A stretch of 60,921 nucleotides of DNA from an uncultured Desulfobacteraceae bacterium (GTDB taxonomy: Bacteria > Desulfobacterota > Desulfobacteria > Desulfobacterales > JALSRD01), in the NCBI GenBank assembly GCA_964442705.1, contig CAYUAQ010000006.1:1-60921 (forward strand), given 5' to 3'. A program made the translations under genes and the position numbers. The notes below the pieces were generated by a model. It was not told the DNA's origin and did no database searches. It was given only the letters and a program-made list of their open reading frames with translations. This document shows, piece after piece, positions 57,300-60,921 of the stretch; position 1 is the stretch's first letter; each line of letters begins with the position of its first letter.

Positions 57300-58091
57300 T
57301 CAGTTTTCCTCCGAAACCAGTATGATCTCAACCCTTCTGTTTCCGGCCCGGCCCTGGGCGGTAGCGTTGGAATGCAGGGGCCTGGAATCTCCATATCCCA
57401 CAGCCGACATGCGTACCGGCAGAATCGGTCCGGCTTTCATCAAAAACTTCAGAACGTTTACCGCACGCGCCACCGAGAGTTCCCAGTTGGAGGGATACAG
57501 TTCGGTGGCGATGGGAACATCGTCGGTGTGCCCCTCTATACGGATGCGGTTGGGCAGCGTTTTCAGCTTGGCGGAGATCCTGTCCAGCACGGCATATCCG
57601 CGCGGATCGATGCGGGCCTTGCCCGGCTGGAAGAGGATGCTGTTTTCAAGAGACAGATTGACGCCTTCACTGGAAAAACGGGCCTGGATTTCGGGGTCGG
57701 CCTCCAGTTCCCGCATGAACTGCATAAGTACCGGTGACTTCTGGCTGCCGGCGGCGGCCTGCGCCTGCTGCAGCGCATTGCGCAGGGTTTCGTCGCCCGG
57801 CCGCTGTTTTTCATCCTTGTCCCCTGTCGGCTGGGTTGCATAGTCAGGCGGAGGAAGGTCCGAAACGGCTATGGACACCCGCCGGCCGGACATCATCATG
57901 CCCAACGCACTTTGCAGGTTCTCGATAAGGCCCTCAGTGCGGTTGATGTCCAAGGTGCTCATGGAAAAAATAAGTACGAAAAAGACCATCAGCAGTGTCA
58001 TCATGTCGTTGAAAGTGGTCAGCCAGGTGCTGCCGTTTTTCTCCTCGGCTTCCTGGCTGAAACGTAGTTTTCCCCGCGTGGATCTCATCAT
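57300..58091 (-). CDS. motB: Stator B subunit with canonical Asp (MotS/PomB-like)
   Basis: WLTTFNDMMTLLMVFFVLIFSMS; OmpA-like EGHTD..NWELS..RA..NRRVEI. Confidence 0.92.
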   Translation of the reverse strand: MMRSTRGKLRFSQEAEEKNGSTWLTTFNDMMTLLMVFFVLIFSMSTLDINRTEGLIENLQSALGMMMSGRRVSIAVSDLPPPDYATQPTGDKDEKQRPGDETLRNALQQAQAAAGSQKSPVLMQFMRELEADPEIQARFSSEGVNLSLENSILFQPGKARIDPRGYAVLDRISAKLKTLPNRIRIEGHTDDVPIATELYPSNWELSVARAVNVLKFLMKAGPILPVRMSAVGYGDSRPLHSNATAQGRAGNRRVEIILVSEEN

Positions 58092-58813
58092 GGGGCCTCG
58101 CTGGTCTCTCTGCGGAAAACGATTTCGACGCGCCGGTTTATGGCACGGTGAGCGGCGCTGTCATTGTCCGTCAGGGGCTGAAATTCCCCGAACCCGGCCG
58201 CCGACAACTTGCCGGGGTTCACCCCGGCCCTTTCCGTCAGGAATCTCAGCACGTTCACGGCCCTGGCGGTGGACAGTTCCCAGTTGGAGGGAAAACGCCG
58301 GGTGCTGATGGGGCGGTCATCGGTATGGCCTTCGATGCGCACCAGGTGCTTACCGGCCTTGATGACGCGTCCGACCTTCAGCAGCAGCGGCATGGAGGCC
58401 GGCCGAACCTGGGCGGAACCGGTATCAAACAAGATGGCATTGGCAAGCCGCATGACCAGGTTCTTGTCGGTAAAAGCGATATCCACACTGTCCTCCAGCC
58501 CCAGCCGCCGGGCCTGGGTGATCACATCCCGGAAGATATCGGCCAGACTGCTCTTTTCGTCCACCATATCGACCGAGTCCGGCAGCGTGATGTCGCCCTT
58601 TTCAAGCTTTACGCCTCCGCTGAAGATGCTGACCGCCAGATTGAACGATTTCACGAACCGCGTCACCTTGGATTGCTGCATGGTGGAGAACGAGCACAGC
58701 ATGATGAAGAAGCACAGCAGAATCAGAATGAAACCGGTGTACACGATTTCCCAGCCGCTGCCCAGGGAACCGCCGTCGTCATGCTGTTTTCTGCTCCTGC
58801 GTCTCGGGAACAT
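58088..58813 (-). CDS. motB: Stator B-subunit paralogue lacking the TM Asp
   Basis: WEIVYTGFILILLCFFIMLCSFS; intact OmpA-like EGHTD..NWELSTARA..NRRVEI. Confidence 0.85.
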   Translation of the reverse strand: MFPRRRSRKQHDDGGSLGSGWEIVYTGFILILLCFFIMLCSFSTMQQSKVTRFVKSFNLAVSIFSGGVKLEKGDITLPDSVDMVDEKSSLADIFRDVITQARRLGLEDSVDIAFTDKNLVMRLANAILFDTGSAQVRPASMPLLLKVGRVIKAGKHLVRIEGHTDDRPISTRRFPSNWELSTARAVNVLRFLTERAGVNPGKLSAAGFGEFQPLTDNDSAAHRAINRRVEIVFRRETSEAP

Positions 58814-58816
58814 GGA

Positions 58817-59596
58817 CTAGGCCTCGACCTCTTCCGCCAGCTCTCTGGCCATCTCTTTGGGTGAGATGAAGGCTTTGAGCTTCTGTTCTATGATACGATG
58901 ATTTTCACCCGACTGAATGGCCAGTACACCCTCTATGACCATCTGTTTCGACAGTACTTCTTGCTTGCTGAGGGTTTTGAGCTTGCCCGCCATGGGCAGG
59001 AACAGCAGGTTGGCCAGGATGGTGCCGTAAAAGGTGGTCAGCAGCGCCACGGCCATGGGTTCGCCGATGGCACTGGGGTCCTCCATCTGCATCAGCATCT
59101 GAACAAGACCGATGATGGTGCCCAGCATGCCGATGGCCGGCGCGAAGGTGCCCATGGTGGAAAATATCTCCGAACCCAGCTTGTGCCGTTCCTGCAGAGC
59201 GGCCACTTCCGTGCTCATCACGTCCTCGATGGCGCCGGACTCCATGCCGTCGATGGCCATCTGGATACCTTTGGCCAGAAAGGGGTCTTCGATCTCCTGC
59301 AGCTGCGATTCAAAGGAAAGGATGCCCTCCTGGCGCGCTTTCTTGGCAAAATCCACGATGATCGGAATGAGTTTGCTGGCCGGCTGTGCTTTGTACAGGA
59401 ATACATTCTTAGCCACTCCAAAGACGCTCATTACCTCCGACAGCGGGTAGGCGATGAAGGTGGCGCCCATGGTGCCGCCAATGACGATCATCAGGGACGG
59501 ATAGTTGATGAACCAGGTGCCGGAACCCCCCATCAGAATGGAGCCGGCCACCAGGCCGCCGGCCACCAGGAGCCCAATGAAGGTGGTAATATCCAA
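58817..59596 (-). CDS. motA: Stator A subunit (PomA/MotP-like)
   Basis: TTG start after AAGGAG; ARQEGILSFE; APAIGMLGTIIGL; MAVALLTTFYG. Confidence 0.94.
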   Translation of the reverse strand: MDITTFIGLLVAGGLVAGSILMGGSGTWFINYPSLMIVIGGTMGATFIAYPLSEVMSVFGVAKNVFLYKAQPASKLIPIIVDFAKKARQEGILSFESQLQEIEDPFLAKGIQMAIDGMESGAIEDVMSTEVAALQERHKLGSEIFSTMGTFAPAIGMLGTIIGLVQMLMQMEDPSAIGEPMAVALLTTFYGTILANLLFLPMAGKLKTLSKQEVLSKQMVIEGVLAIQSGENHRIIEQKLKAFISPKEMARELAEEVEA

Positions 59597-59683
59597 AGCA
59601 ACTCTCCTTTGAAGCAACGACTTGGAAGTTTGCGAGCTGCCGTCATCCGGCAGGGTTCGCAATGCTACAGCACCACATGTTTG

Positions 59684-59699
59684 AGCAAAATATGTGCCG
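59684..59699 (-). promoter_or_regulatory. Sigma-54 promoter of the motA operon
   Basis: Minus strand cGGCACatattTTGCT (GG-N10-GC) with an AT-rich tract upstream. Confidence 0.75.
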
Positions 59700-59997
59700 G
59701 ATTGGATTTGCTGCCCGAATCGAATGGAAGAAAAAATTAGAACACTCTAACTTATAGAATTTCCTAGTTAATTTAATAACCAAGGCGGCCATGAAAAAAG
59801 GCAAAGCGCGTGGAGGGCAACCGAAAGCCGGCCAGGGGGGCGGGCCACCGTCAAAATGATCGCCGGTTGTCAACACTTTGACGTGCAGCGGCAGGGCAAT
59901 CGCAAGTAACATGACCCGATCTGCCGGGCGGGGGCATCGGCAGACCGGGCGGATCAGTGCATCGAAAGACAACGGTCAGGCCAGGGGCGTTATGTCC

Positions 59998-60852
59998 CTA
60001 CCGTTTGATGTTGATGAGTTCGGCCAGCATTTCATCACTTGTGGTGATGACGCGCGAGTTGGCCTGAAAGGCACGCTGGGCGGTAATCATGTTAACGAAC
60101 TCAGTGGCCAGATCGACGTTGGAAATTTCAAGGGTGCTGGAAATGACGTTGCCGAAATCACCGTTGCCGGGCACACCGAGGGTGGCATCACCGGAGTCCG
60201 CGGTCTGCCGCCACAGGTTGTTGCTCATCTTTCCCAGGCCGTTGATGTTGGCAAACTCGTAGAGGGCCACCTGGTACAAGGCCTGGGGCTGACCGTAATT
60301 GGGGTCCGTATCGGGAAGCGTGCTGTCGACACCGTAAAAAATGCCGTTGTTATCAACGGTAATGCTGTCCCACTGATCCAGGTCGACACTGATGTCCTCG
60401 GGATCGTAGGGAGTGTCCGGATCCGGAATGCCGTTGTTTAGAATATCAAACCCCTGGACGTTCATGCCGGACAGGGTAATCAGGTTGCCGTCCTTGTCAA
60501 AAGAGAAATCCCCGGCCCGGGTGTAGAAAGACTCGGTATCGTTCTCGACGCGGAAAAAACCACCGCCGTTGATGGAGAGATCGGTGGCGTTGCCGGTGGA
60601 CTGCAGCGGCCCCTGGGCCCAGTCGAAGCGGAGTCCCACCACGGCAACACCGTTGCCGATCTCGTTGCCGGAAAATCCGCTGTTGACGTTGGAGGATACG
60701 ATGTTGGTGGTCTGGTTCAGAACGTTGGCAAAAGACAGGGTCGAGCTTTTAAAGCCGGGCGTATTGACATTGGCGATGTTGTCGCCGATGGCCTCCATGT
60801 ATTGCTTGTTGGCGTTGAGGCCGGTGACTCCCGAATACAGTGATCGCATCAT
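59998..60852 (-). CDS. flgE: Short flagellar hook protein (FlgE-type, 284 aa)
   Basis: MRSLYSGVTGL..IGDNIANVNTPGFKSS; TGNATDLSINGGGFF; YTRAGDF; LEISNVDLATEFVNMITAQRAFQANSRVITTSDEML; GGAGG SD. Confidence 0.82.
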   Translation of the reverse strand: MMRSLYSGVTGLNANKQYMEAIGDNIANVNTPGFKSSTLSFANVLNQTTNIVSSNVNSGFSGNEIGNGVAVVGLRFDWAQGPLQSTGNATDLSINGGGFFRVENDTESFYTRAGDFSFDKDGNLITLSGMNVQGFDILNNGIPDPDTPYDPEDISVDLDQWDSITVDNNGIFYGVDSTLPDTDPNYGQPQALYQVALYEFANINGLGKMSNNLWRQTADSGDATLGVPGNGDFGNVISSTLEISNVDLATEFVNMITAQRAFQANSRVITTSDEMLAELINIKR

Positions 60853-60921
60853 GGTTTGCTTCCTCCGTGGTTGAGTGGCGTGTTGATTTCGATTTCAAGC
60901 GACCGGCGCGCAGCTTGCGGC

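Noticed and set aside
59790-59850. GGCAAA...GAAA sequence resembling a c-di-GMP-I riboswitch
   Set aside because: The P2 pairing and the GACGCAAA element are missing, and it lies on the strand opposite the downstream motA.

Overview
A GC-rich window that looks deltaproteobacterial (Desulfobacterales-like, inferred from HdrCBA, several HDOD proteins and the flagellar gene order). No rRNA, tRNA, CRISPR array, transposase, integrase or phage gene was recognised. From left to right it contains: the end of a complex I-like operon (nuoM, nuoN); a membrane protein; an MBL-fold hydrolase; a CitE-like lyase, an M16 peptidase and a class II aldolase; a Liv-type ABC transporter followed by a DUF1445 gene and 5-oxoprolinase pxpABC; a HIRAN-like protein; hdrCBA with no adjacent mvhD/flx; an ~11 kb signalling block (sensorless kinase, REC-HD-GYP, HDOD, REC-PAS, GAF, USP, GGDEF, PilZ, hybrid kinase, CheD-HDOD fusion); and a ~24 kb minus-strand flagellar cluster running from flgE to flgL. 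The most notable observations are: (1) a Na+-type stator with two tandem B subunits, one of which lacks the ion-binding Asp; (2) a CheD+HDOD pair present twice, once as two genes inserted between flgN and flgK and once fused; (3) four sigma-28-like promoters, three of which overlap the stop codon of the upstream gene and three of which lie in front of non-flagellar genes; (4) a minimal 284-aa hook protein; (5) small ORFs missed by the ORF track; (6) intergenic 7-mer and 9-mer repeat hairpins. All calls come from motif recognition by eye; no searches were run.
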